In this document: positions 30,711-39,549 of the stretch, one piece after another | Position numbering within the stretch: the first letter of the stretch is position 1 | How the letters are laid out: the number at the start of each line of letters is the position of its first letter | Assembly: GCA_048939995.1 (NCBI GenBank) | Contig: JBHLOY010000001.1 | Span: 128,001 to 192,000 of the forward strand | DNA from: Promethearchaeota archaeon | GTDB taxonomy: Archaea; Asgardarchaeota; Lokiarchaeia; Sigyniarchaeales; SOKP01 | Reading direction: 5' to 3' | DNA length: 64,000 nucleotides | Notes under the pieces: generated by a model | Told to the model about the DNA's origin: nothing | The model's database searches: none | What the model saw: only the letters and a program-made list of their open reading frames with translations | Translations under genes and position numbers: made by a program

Positions 30711-31556
30711 ATGAATTTTATGTCATCAAAAAAGAGAAAATTTCTTTTTAAATTCTATTATATTGGATCAAAAAAATTTTATGGATCTCAGAGACAAATA
30801 AATTTTCCGACTATTGAAAGTTATTTAATTGAAGCTCTGTTAAATAAAAAATATATAACTGATGTTAATACAGCTAATTTTGATGTCGCAAGTAGAACTG
30901 ATAAGTATGTCTCTGCCAGAGGAGCTGCTTTCTCAGTTATAATAAATAAAAAACCAATACTGATGGAATTAAATTCTGAATTACCATATGAGATTGGATT
31001 ATGGGCATATGCTCACGTTCCCTTTGACTTCTCTTCAAGGTTTGATGCCTTATATCGTTATTACAAATATATATTACCTTTAGGAAGCAGAACCTCTCTC
31101 AATATTTCCCTTATAAGGAAGGCATGTAAAATACTCGAAGGAACTCATGACTTTAAAAATTTTGCGAAGAGAGAAAAAGATAATATAAACACAATAAGAA
31201 CATTAAACATGGTTTCAGTTAATGTAAAGGAAGATTATTTAATTTTAGGTTTTAAAAGTAAATCTTACTTAAGACAACAAGTTAGAAGAATGGTTAAAAA
31301 ATTAATTGAGGTTGGGATGAAAGAGCTTGAACTTGCTGAATTTTTAGAGTTATTTAATACCTCTAAAAATATTTCGTACCAACCAGTCAATCCAGAAGGA
31401 TTGATATTATGGGATATAGTCTATAATAATACTCATCAATTTGTGATAGATCCAGCTTCAAATAAGAGAATGATTCGATATTTTCATCAAAGAGAAGAAG
31501 AAAGTGATCTACAGAAGATTTTATTTCATGTCTTGCAACATGACAATATTGGCTAA
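30711..31556 (+). CDS. truA: tRNA pseudouridine(38-40) synthase
   Basis: GSQRQ, ASRTDKYVSA, GTHDFKNF, SYLRQQVRRMV. Confidence 0.92.
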   Translation: MNFMSSKKRKFLFKFYYIGSKKFYGSQRQINFPTIESYLIEALLNKKYITDVNTANFDVASRTDKYVSARGAAFSVIINKKPILMELNSELPYEIGLWAYAHVPFDFSSRFDALYRYYKYILPLGSRTSLNISLIRKACKILEGTHDFKNFAKREKDNINTIRTLNMVSVNVKEDYLILGFKSKSYLRQQVRRMVKKLIEVGMKELELAEFLELFNTSKNISYQPVNPEGLILWDIVYNNTHQFVIDPASNKRMIRYFHQREEESDLQKILFHVLQHDNIG

Positions 31557-32492
31557 AAGCGCTTTTATTTGAATCTCTTCTGTAGCCCCTTGGCTTATAC
31601 GGTATTCAAATTCAGCTAAAAGTTTAGAAAGTTCTATTTTCATATCTTCAGATATATTTAAATCGTAAATCTCCCTATGCATACTTTTAATAATATTTAT
31701 CCCTGAAAGCCCATACTCTTCAACTATATCATTTAATAATTTTATTGAGAATTCTAATTGACCCTGAATAGCAGTTTGAAGTATATTTATTATTCGTTCA
31801 TGAGGAACCTCTCCAGCAACTCGAAATACAATATTCTGATCGAGTTTTCGAGAAATAGTGGAGCAAGATTGTAAATAATTTATTCCCCTTCTACAATCGC
31901 CTTTAGAAACATCCACTAATGCCTTCAAGCCATCGTCAGTTATTGTAATGTCTTCTTCTTTCGCTATATATCTTAATCGATCTTTAATATCGTCACTGGG
32001 CAGTGAAGAAAATCTGAAAACTACACATCTTGATTGGATTGGTGGGATAATTTTATTAGAATAATTGCAAATTAAGATCATTCTACAGTTTTCTGTATAT
32101 TGTTCCATAGTTCTTCTAAGTGCTTGTTGAGCGGGTGCTGTCATATTATCAGCTTCATCAAGAATCAGTATTTTAAAAGGAATGTCTATTGGAGGCCTCG
32201 TCTTTGCAAAATCTTTAATATATGTTCTAATAACTTCTATTCCTCTTGCATCACTTGCATTTAATTCAAGATATGTTGAATTTAATGCCATTTTTCTTCC
32301 AAACAATTCTCTAACTATTGCTAATGCGGAGGTTGTTTTTCCTGTGCCTGCTGGTCCAGCAAAAATAAGATGTGGCATTGATTTATCTTTTATAAATTGT
32401 CGAAGTCTATTGATTATTCCTTTTTGATTTACAACGTCATTTAATCTTCTTGGACGATATTTTTCAACCCATGGACGGTTTTCAATGGACAT
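31521..32492 (-). CDS. rfcS: Replication factor C small subunit
   Basis: PWVEKYRP, GPAGTGKTT, ELNASD, DEAD, SRC; no intein. Confidence 0.97.
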   Translation of the reverse strand: MSIENRPWVEKYRPRRLNDVVNQKGIINRLRQFIKDKSMPHLIFAGPAGTGKTTSALAIVRELFGRKMALNSTYLELNASDARGIEVIRTYIKDFAKTRPPIDIPFKILILDEADNMTAPAQQALRRTMEQYTENCRMILICNYSNKIIPPIQSRCVVFRFSSLPSDDIKDRLRYIAKEEDITITDDGLKALVDVSKGDCRRGINYLQSCSTISRKLDQNIVFRVAGEVPHERIINILQTAIQGQLEFSIKLLNDIVEEYGLSGINIIKSMHREIYDLNISEDMKIELSKLLAEFEYRISQGATEEIQIKALLANIVMLQDMK

Positions 32493-32601
32493 TGGTAAAC
32501 AAAAACTTTAGTTAAAAATATAATATTATTAAAAAATACTATTTAAGAATTAAAATTTCTTTCTATATTAGTAAAAAAAAATAAAATAAATTTGAGAAGA
32601 G

Positions 32602-33906
32602 ATGTCTAATTATCTAATAAATAAAATAAAATCAAGGTGGATCTTAGATTCACGTGGTAATCCTACAGTAGAAACTGAAGTTTATACTAAAGATGGATTC
32701 GCTCGTTCAGCAGTTCCTTCAGGTGCATCAACAGGAGCTTTAGAGGCTTTAGAACTCCGCGATGGAGGAAATGCTTTTTTGGGGAAACACGTAACTAAGG
32801 CTGTGAGAAATGTTAACGAAATATTGGGAAAAAAGTTAATTGGTTTTGATGTAAGGAATCAACAAGCATTAGATGAAGAAATGATTTCTATAGATGGGAC
32901 AGAAAATAAAGGGAATATAGGTGCAAATGCTATTTTATCTGTTTCTCTTAGTACTGCTAAATTGGCTGCAAAGATATTAAATAAACCCTTATTTTCATAT
33001 ATTTATGATTTAAGTTATCATAAATCGAATGAGAACTTTTTATTACCGATACCCTGTTGTAATATCATTAATGGAGGAAAACATGCTGGAAACAATTTGG
33101 CAATACAAGAATTTATGATATTACCCATGAGAGCTCATAATTTTTCGACAGCAATTGAAAATGTAGTTGAGGTATACCAAACCTTAAAAGAAATATTAAA
33201 TAAAAAATATGGTAAGTCTGCTATTAATGTTGGTGATGAGGGGGGTTTTGCGCCTAATGTATCAGACACGAGAGATACATTTGATGTTGTCATAGAGGCT
33301 ATTGAAGAGGCAGGATTTCTCATTGGCGTGGATTTCGTATTAGGTATCGATGCGGCAGCAAGTGAATTCTTTAAAGAAGATCTATACTCTATCGATGGAA
33401 AAAAGCTCAGCGAAGAAGAACTTTTACAATTCTATCTTGATTTAGTTCATGATTATCCTTTAAAATCCATTGAGGACCCTTTTGATGAAAAGTCATTTAG
33501 AGGGTTTACAAACCTTACAGCAAAATTGGATAAAACAATTCAAGTGGTATGTGATGATTTAACTGTTACAAATATGAACTTGTTAAAAAGAGCTATTGAT
33601 GAGAAGGCGGGGAATGCTTTATTACTTAAGGTAAATCAAATTGGAACATTAACTGAAGCTATAAATGCTTGTCAACTAGCATTTAAAAATGGATACAATG
33701 TGATGGTTTCACATCGTTCTGGTGAAACTGAAGACTCATTTATCGCAGATTTATCTGTTGGATTATGTTCTGGACAAATCAAAAGTGGAGCACCATGCCG
33801 TAGCGACAGAACTAGTAAATATAACCAATTACTTAGGATTGAAGAACTTTTAGGTCAAAATGCAAATTACCCAGAAAGCTTTTCCTCCTGGAAACATTAT
33901 CAGTAA
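32602..33906 (+). CDS. eno: Enolase
   Basis: DSRGNPTVE, PSGASTG, GDEGG, KVNQIG, SHRSGET. Confidence 0.98.
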   Translation: MSNYLINKIKSRWILDSRGNPTVETEVYTKDGFARSAVPSGASTGALEALELRDGGNAFLGKHVTKAVRNVNEILGKKLIGFDVRNQQALDEEMISIDGTENKGNIGANAILSVSLSTAKLAAKILNKPLFSYIYDLSYHKSNENFLLPIPCCNIINGGKHAGNNLAIQEFMILPMRAHNFSTAIENVVEVYQTLKEILNKKYGKSAINVGDEGGFAPNVSDTRDTFDVVIEAIEEAGFLIGVDFVLGIDAAASEFFKEDLYSIDGKKLSEEELLQFYLDLVHDYPLKSIEDPFDEKSFRGFTNLTAKLDKTIQVVCDDLTVTNMNLLKRAIDEKAGNALLLKVNQIGTLTEAINACQLAFKNGYNVMVSHRSGETEDSFIADLSVGLCSGQIKSGAPCRSDRTSKYNQLLRIEELLGQNANYPESFSSWKHYQ

Positions 33907-33923
33907 ATATACGAGATTAAAAG

Positions 33924-34565
33924 TTACTGACTTTTAATAAATCTATAAATATTCACATCAATACTTTTAGTTTTTTGATTATGGAATTCGAAGGTTTTAT
34001 CAAGTTTTAATTTAAAAGGAAAATAATAATCAATCCGCCAATCCAAATTTTTTATGAAATTTACAATAAAATTATGGACTTTTCTATTAGCTAAATGGAT
34101 TGAGTATACTACGCCAGAAAATTCGAATGCTTTTGTTAAAAAACTTCTATCTGCTCTACTTTTTTGTACTCCAAAAGGAGGATTCATGATAGTAGTAATT
34201 CTATTACTTTTGGGTAAAAATTCTGAGCTGAGTTCCAAATTGTTGATATCTGCACACAAAGGAAAGATTATGTGCTCAAGTTGAAGTCTTTTAACATTTT
34301 CTTTGAGGATCTGCATAGCTAAAATATCAATATCAATACTTATTATACAGTTCGGATGAAAATAGGCAGATGCTATTGATAATCTTCCTGTTCCAGCACC
34401 AAAATCAAAGATAAGGTGATTTGTGATATCATTAAATTCAAACCCGGCAAAAAAAGTAATATCTACAGCACTAACTGCATCAATACAATATTGTTCTAAT
34501 TCAATTTTGGGATCAGAAAAAGTGGCTGTATTTTGAATAATAGAAGTCATTTCTTTTTTCTTAAT
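33924..34565 (-). CDS. METTL5-like SAM-dependent RNA methyltransferase (ATG at 34550; possible ATT start at 34565)
   Basis: PKIELEQY, DFGAGTG, MNPPFG, YSIH. Confidence 0.85.
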   Translation of the reverse strand: MKKKEMTSIIQNTATFSDPKIELEQYCIDAVSAVDITFFAGFEFNDITNHLIFDFGAGTGRLSIASAYFHPNCIISIDIDILAMQILKENVKRLQLEHIIFPLCADINNLELSSEFLPKSNRITTIMNPPFGVQKSRADRSFLTKAFEFSGVVYSIHLANRKVHNFIVNFIKNLDWRIDYYFPFKLKLDKTFEFHNQKTKSIDVNIYRFIKSQ

Positions 34566-34667
34566 TTTAAACGCCTGAAACTTAAATTTAGAGTTTTTAT
34601 AAATTAGTATGGATAAATTTAATTAATTTATTTAATAATAATTAAATAGAGAAATTAAAAGAATGTT

Positions 34668-35273
34668 TTGAAATATATGAAAGAAGCGATTAAAAATAAA
34701 GATATCGTTATTACTGGTCAATATCTAGGTGTTGTCGAGGAATTCCTTCCTGATAAGCAATCCTCTTACGTAAAGGATGGTAAAATTTATGCTACTAAAA
34801 CGGGTATAATTTTAATTGATAAAAATAAAAAACGAATTGAAATTAAAAGTCATCAAGAAGAGGATAGAAAAACTGTTAAGATCGGTGATATTGTTATAGG
34901 AACTGTCCTTTTTTTAAGACAATATTCTATCGGATTGAATTTCCATACCATAAATAATAAACTTCATTTTAATAGTTCTTATTTTGGTAATATTCATGTC
35001 TCACAAATCTCCCATAAATATGTAGAAAAAATTGCTGATGCATTTCAAATAACAGATATTCTACGTGCTAAAGTAGTCGAGCAAACTACTAATGAGTTTA
35101 AATTAAGTACTGTTGGAAACAATTTGGGTGTAATCCATGCTGATTGTGTAATATGTGGTACTACACTTGAAAAAATTGGTCATAATAAATTACGTTGCAA
35201 TAGATGTGGTAATACGGAAACGAGAAAATTAGCAAATGATTACGGGAACGTTAATGAGAGTTTAAGGTATTAG
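34668..35273 (+). CDS. csl4: Exosome complex RNA-binding protein Csl4
   Basis: LGVVEEFLP, S1 domain (GDIVIGTV, IHVSQIS), LGVIHADC..C...C..CG.TETRKLA Zn ribbon. Confidence 0.92.
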   Translation: MKYMKEAIKNKDIVITGQYLGVVEEFLPDKQSSYVKDGKIYATKTGIILIDKNKKRIEIKSHQEEDRKTVKIGDIVIGTVLFLRQYSIGLNFHTINNKLHFNSSYFGNIHVSQISHKYVEKIADAFQITDILRAKVVEQTTNEFKLSTVGNNLGVIHADCVICGTTLEKIGHNKLRCNRCGNTETRKLANDYGNVNESLRY

Positions 35274-35322
35274 ACAACACCCTTAATTATATTCTAATTT
35301 ATGAAAATAAAGGAGAGAAATA

Positions 35323-35547
35323 TTGGTCAAACGTGGAGGAAGACGAGTAATTCATTTTTATAATCCAAGCGGAAATTTAGATAATACTATCAAATTTCTG
35401 GAAAATATTCAAAAAAAAGTCAATTATCTCAATTTAAATTGTGAAGTAGAAGGAAAAACAATAAAAGTAACCTTATATGGGCCGAAAGACCTTCAATATC
35501 TCGCAATTGGTAGATTAAGAGAATTAGCAAATCAGTTCTTATCATAA
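35323..35547 (+). CDS. Small hypothetical protein between csl4 and rpoL
   Basis: 74-aa ORF with AAGGAG upstream, co-oriented within the operon. Confidence 0.65.
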   Translation: MVKRGGRRVIHFYNPSGNLDNTIKFLENIQKKVNYLNLNCEVEGKTIKVTLYGPKDLQYLAIGRLRELANQFLS

Positions 35548-35654
35548 AAAGTATTCCCAAAAATTTCTGGTTTTTTATTACTTTAACAAAACAAAAAAAA
35601 TTTATTTTATACTATATTAGAAATAATAGATTTGAAGGTTATGGTGAAATTACT

Positions 35655-36140
35655 ATGGCAAAAAAAAAACCTAAGAAAGAAGATGATCTTGAAGGATTAG
35701 ATGATGATTTTCTCGATGATATTGAAAACGTTTATCCAACTTTGAAGAAATCGAAGGAACAAAAGGAAAATGATTTGGATCTTGCTATTGAAGATGAAGG
35801 ACTTCAAGAGGAAGAACTTGAATATGAAATGGAAGAAATTCCTAAGCCTCCAGAATATAAATATTTAAATTTGGCTATTGTAAAAGGAGAACAAGAGAAC
35901 GACTATCACCTGAGTGTGGAAGGTCAATCTCATGGATTTTTAAGTATTTTGGTTAAACATCTCCTTAATACAGAAGGAGTAAATTCAGCAGCTTATAAAG
36001 TTACTAGGATTGATCCCCCCGAGGTATTTGTACGATTAGAAAAAGGTAATAAAATAAAAAATGTCCTTCGGAAAGCAATACAATCCTTAAGGAATGAAGT
36101 AAACGAAGTAGAAAAGGTATTTAAACCAATTATAAAATAA
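35655..36140 (+). CDS. rpoL: RNA polymerase subunit Rpo11 (L) with acidic N-terminal extension
   Basis: VEGQSHGFLSILVKHLL..EGV.SAAY; position downstream of csl4. Confidence 0.75.
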   Translation: MAKKKPKKEDDLEGLDDDFLDDIENVYPTLKKSKEQKENDLDLAIEDEGLQEEELEYEMEEIPKPPEYKYLNLAIVKGEQENDYHLSVEGQSHGFLSILVKHLLNTEGVNSAAYKVTRIDPPEVFVRLEKGNKIKNVLRKAIQSLRNEVNEVEKVFKPIIK

Positions 36141-36196
36141 ACTTTAATTCTGATTATATATAAAATTTATAAAAGTTTAATCTTGAACTAACATTA

Positions 36197-36655
36197 ATGT
36201 CCTATGATTTTTTAATTAAAGATTTAACACTGAAAACATCTCAAAAAGCTATTGGTACAGATAAAGGATTAGCTAAAATAGGAGATGGTATTGTAAATTT
36301 TGTATATTCGGTAGCAAAGTCTATCTATTTAACAAAAAAGAGTTTCAACAATAAAATAATTAGAACAGGTAAAAAAGTTAATAAAACTATTTTATCTAAT
36401 GCATTAAAAAACGCTAACTTAAAGAGCTGCGCAAAAACTAGAGCTGATGCTCATGATCTGGCAGACACAGCTGAAGCAATAATAGCATATATCTGGTTAT
36501 CAGGAAAAATGAATATGGATTCTATGATCAGGATTATATTTGAAAATCTTTCCGGTAATCTTGATATTAGAACAGAAGAAATCCGAAATGCTACTATAGC
36601 ATTCACACAATTATTAGAATCAATAAAAATTTATCTCCCTACCTCTAAAGTATGA
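36197..36655 (+). CDS. Archaeal ribonuclease III-like family protein
   Basis: DKGLAKIGDGIVNFVYSVA, KV...ILSNALK, ADTAEAIIAY.WL. Confidence 0.75.
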   Translation: MSYDFLIKDLTLKTSQKAIGTDKGLAKIGDGIVNFVYSVAKSIYLTKKSFNNKIIRTGKKVNKTILSNALKNANLKSCAKTRADAHDLADTAEAIIAYIWLSGKMNMDSMIRIIFENLSGNLDIRTEEIRNATIAFTQLLESIKIYLPTSKV

Positions 36656-37212
36656 AACAATTTCCAATTACAATAGGATTTGATGATGCTAAATTTGAGT
36701 TGAAATCAAAAGTAAAAACAACTCAATTAATCGGAGTAGTCTGTCAAGGTATGAGGCTAGTTAGAGTATTAATAAGTCCAATTTCTATTGATGGAGATGA
36801 TGCAACTATTAGTTTAATCAAACTTGCTAAACAAAATGAAAAACATATTCAATATGTTCTTACGGATACAATAACTTTTGGAGGATTTAATATTATAGAT
36901 TTAGAAGAGATTTATACTAAGCTAAAAAAACCGATTATAGCAGTTACAGAACGAGAAGTAGATCTTGATTCGGTTAAAGTAGCTTTAATCAATAAATTTC
37001 CTAAAACCTATAAGAAAAAGCTCCAATATATTATAAATGCTGGAGAATTATTTGAAACTACAGTAGAAACTGCGGGTGGTCGTTCAAAAATATATCTTCA
37101 CTTAAAGGGAGTAATATTTGATGAAGCTAAAGATTTACTAAAAAGATTATGCATCGATTCAAAAATGCCAGAACCTGTAAGAATTGCTCATCTAATTGGG
37201 AAGGCTTTTTAA
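36652..37212 (+). CDS. DUF99 family (endonuclease V-like) protein
   Basis: IGFDD, IDGDDAT, ITFGGFNIID, PEPVRIAHLI. Confidence 0.85.
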   Translation: MKQFPITIGFDDAKFELKSKVKTTQLIGVVCQGMRLVRVLISPISIDGDDATISLIKLAKQNEKHIQYVLTDTITFGGFNIIDLEEIYTKLKKPIIAVTEREVDLDSVKVALINKFPKTYKKKLQYIINAGELFETTVETAGGRSKIYLHLKGVIFDEAKDLLKRLCIDSKMPEPVRIAHLIGKAF

Positions 37213-37700
37213 AACGTAGCGACTTCATATTCTAATATTTCCTTCATTCGCTCTCGTAACTCAGGATGAATAGCAGTCATCCCATAGGTTTTTAACCCGC
37301 CTAACCTCCTTTGCACCTCTTGTGCACTCAATGCTCCTTGGAGATCCTGTTTATTTGCTATAGCAATGATTTTAGTGCCCAAATTCCGCTCAAATCTATC
37401 ATAGATCTCCTTAGTCTTCTTCACACTTTCCTCTGTAGAATCACACACCAGCACAGCTAATCCCGCACCCCGTAGGAAGTCTTTCCACATAAATTTGAAC
37501 CGCTGTTGACCCCCTAAATCCCAAATACTTACTTTCTTTCCATTTAAAATAGAATCCTCAACTTCTAATCCCACAGTTGGAACCCGCTTCTTTGGAACTT
37601 CCCTCCCTTGTAATAAAGACAGTAAAGAAGTTTTCCCTACTCCACCTTCCCCCACAATACAAATCTTTGATTTAGTTGTGAAAACCTTAACCGACCCTTT
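37209..37700 (-). CDS. Arf/Rab-like small GTPase; start codon uncertain (reading frame open to 37700)
   Basis: SKICIVGEGGVGKTS, PTVG, WDLGGQ, ANKQDL. The track's GTG start (37655) lies inside strand beta1. Confidence 0.88.
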   Translation of the reverse strand, partial: KGSVKVFTTKSKICIVGEGGVGKTSLLSLLQGREVPKKRVPTVGLEVEDSILNGKKVSIWDLGGQQRFKFMWKDFLRGAGLAVLVCDSTEESVKKTKEIYDRFERNLGTKIIAIANKQDLQGALSAQEVQRRLGGLKTYGMTAIHPELRERMKEILEYEVATF

Positions 37701-38068
37701 CTACTTAATTTGCTTTAAATAGAAAGGATAAACCTCTGTTCAAAAATTAAAATAATATTCGCATAACATGAGAAGTTTAGAAGTAAATCATTCTGGATTT
37801 TCCCGAAATATGAAATAGACATGCATTAATGCTACCAAAACAGCGTATTAAGTTAACAAAATATGAGAAAAGCATATATCAGAGTTTATATTATAGTTTT
37901 TTAAGTGGGAGACTACTCTATGACCGCGCCAGTTTCATGATCGAGCGCAGATCTAATAATTGCTTACTAATTAAAATATTAATAAAAATGGTAAATACTA
38001 ATAGAAATAGTGAATTAAAAAATATTTATATATAAAAATTTAATAAAAAAACAGAATAAATTATAGCT

Positions 38069-39406
38069 TTATGCTCCAGTTTCAATATCCTTGACTATGC
38101 CAACTGCAATAGTCCTGCCCATATCACGAACGGCGAATCTCCCCATCTCCGCAAACTGGTCATAGCGCTCCAAGCACATCTTTTTTATAGGCTGTAGTTT
38201 AATGACAGCAGATTCATTTCGCTTTATGAACTTCGGTGCATCTTCTATGACCGCTCCTGTTTTCTGATCAAGCTTTTTGCTGATTTCTATGAACTTTGCT
38301 GCGACCTGAGCAGTATGAGCGTGAATTACAGGGGTATATCCTTGAGCAATAGCGGTTGGGTGCCAAATAACTATAATTTGCCCTGTCCAATTGCCATTTG
38401 GGAATATGACGTTAGGGGGATTGTTTGGGTGACCAAGGCAATCTCCTCTCCCTACATCCTTCATTTCAAGGCCTCTAATACTGAATCCAACGTTATCACC
38501 TGGTTCAGCTTGAGGAATTTCCTCATGATGCATTTCAATGCTTCGGATTTCACCTTGAAATCCAGTTGGCATAATGATAATTTTGTCACCTTTCTTAAGT
38601 ACACCAGTTTCGACTCTACCAACTGGAACAACACCGGTTCCTTTAATTCTATACGCATCCTGGATTGGGAGTCGTAATGCCTTATCAGTTGGTTTTGGTG
38701 GTATCTCAAATTGATCGATTGCGTCAATGAGGGTTGGACCATCATACCAAGGCAATTTATCGCTTTTCTTTGAAAGATTTTGCATCATCAACCCTGAGAC
38801 AGGTACAAATGGAATCTTTTTAACAGGGAATCCTATATTTTTTAAGAGATCTGAAACTGCTTCTTTGCATTCATTAAAGCGTGCTTCACTATAGTCATAG
38901 TTATCTGCTTTATTGATTGCTACAACTAATTGTTTTATTCCAAGAGTTTGAGCTAAATAAGCATGTTCTCGTGTTTGACCATTGGCAGCAATTCCAACTT
39001 CCATTTCACCTTTTTTACCAGATACAACTAAAATAGCAGCATCAGCTTGTGAAGCACCCGTGATCATATTCTTTACGAAATCAGCATGACCAGGAGCATC
39101 AATTATTGTGAAATATTTGTTTGGAGTTTCAAATTTTCTGAAAGCTAAATCGATAGTAATACCTCTTTGGCGTTCCTCTTTTAATTTGTCAAATACGAAT
39201 GCATAGGACCAAGAATCTCGATCGAACTCTTTTGCTAATTTTTCTAATTCGCGAGCTTCTCTATCGGTGACTGCTCCTGTCTCTATTAACAGGGCACCCA
39301 TCATTGTGGACTATATGGGATTAAACCTAAGTGGTTATCTAATCATTCCATGATCGATGTGCCCAATAATAACTAGATTCAGATGTTGTTTTTGTTTTGA
39401 AGACAT
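38069..39406 (-). CDS. tuf: Translation elongation factor 1-alpha, two exons: 39406-39346 and 39312-38069 (434 aa spliced)
   Basis: Exon 1 MSSKQKQHLNLVIIGHIDHG+A joined to AG+STMMGALL restores GHIDHGKST; downstream ERQRGITID, DAPGH, NKAD, GRFAVRDMG. Confidence 0.95.
39313..39345 (-). other. Candidate 33-nt bulge-helix-bulge (archaeal endonuclease-type) intron in EF-1alpha mRNA
   Basis: Insert UGAUUAGAUAACCACUUAGGUUUAAUCCCAUAU; central helix AUGG/CCAU; 3-nt bulges AA^U and AU^A; intron stem GAUUAGA/UUUAAUC; in-frame stops if unspliced. Confidence 0.88.
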
Positions 39407-39549
39407 TTCTTTATCAACTTAATTTTTTTTTAGATAATATAATATTAATTGAATATAGATTTTATTTAAAGATATTAGTTCTAAGTCTTGCTCAATATTT
39501 ATTTTTTACTATAAAAATAAGGTAATTTTGTATATAATAAGAAGGTAAG

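Noticed and set aside
14243-32492. Inteins or introns at the usual hotspots in EF-2, aIF5B and RFC-S
   Set aside because: All P-loop regions are contiguous and protein lengths are normal.
37688-37730. Second BHB intron upstream of the small GTPase
   Set aside because: The hairpin is real, but no 4-bp central helix with two 3-nt bulges can be drawn, and the BHB-register excision joined to the upstream TTG creates a TAG.
37829-38035. 68-aa plus-strand ORF; also a SECIS-like reading of the GC islet
   Set aside because: No recognisable protein features; the helix is too short for a SECIS and no UGA-containing selenoprotein gene is adjacent.
38069-39304. EF-1alpha as a 411-aa N-terminally truncated protein or pseudogene
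   Set aside because: It would lack the P-loop. The upstream exon is intact, the rest of the gene shows no decay, and the insert has precise BHB geometry.
39311-39346. Stop-codon readthrough, frameshift or intein explanation for the tuf insert
   Set aside because: Two different in-frame stops (TAA, TAG) and an 11-residue insertion within the P-loop would be required; far too short for an intein.
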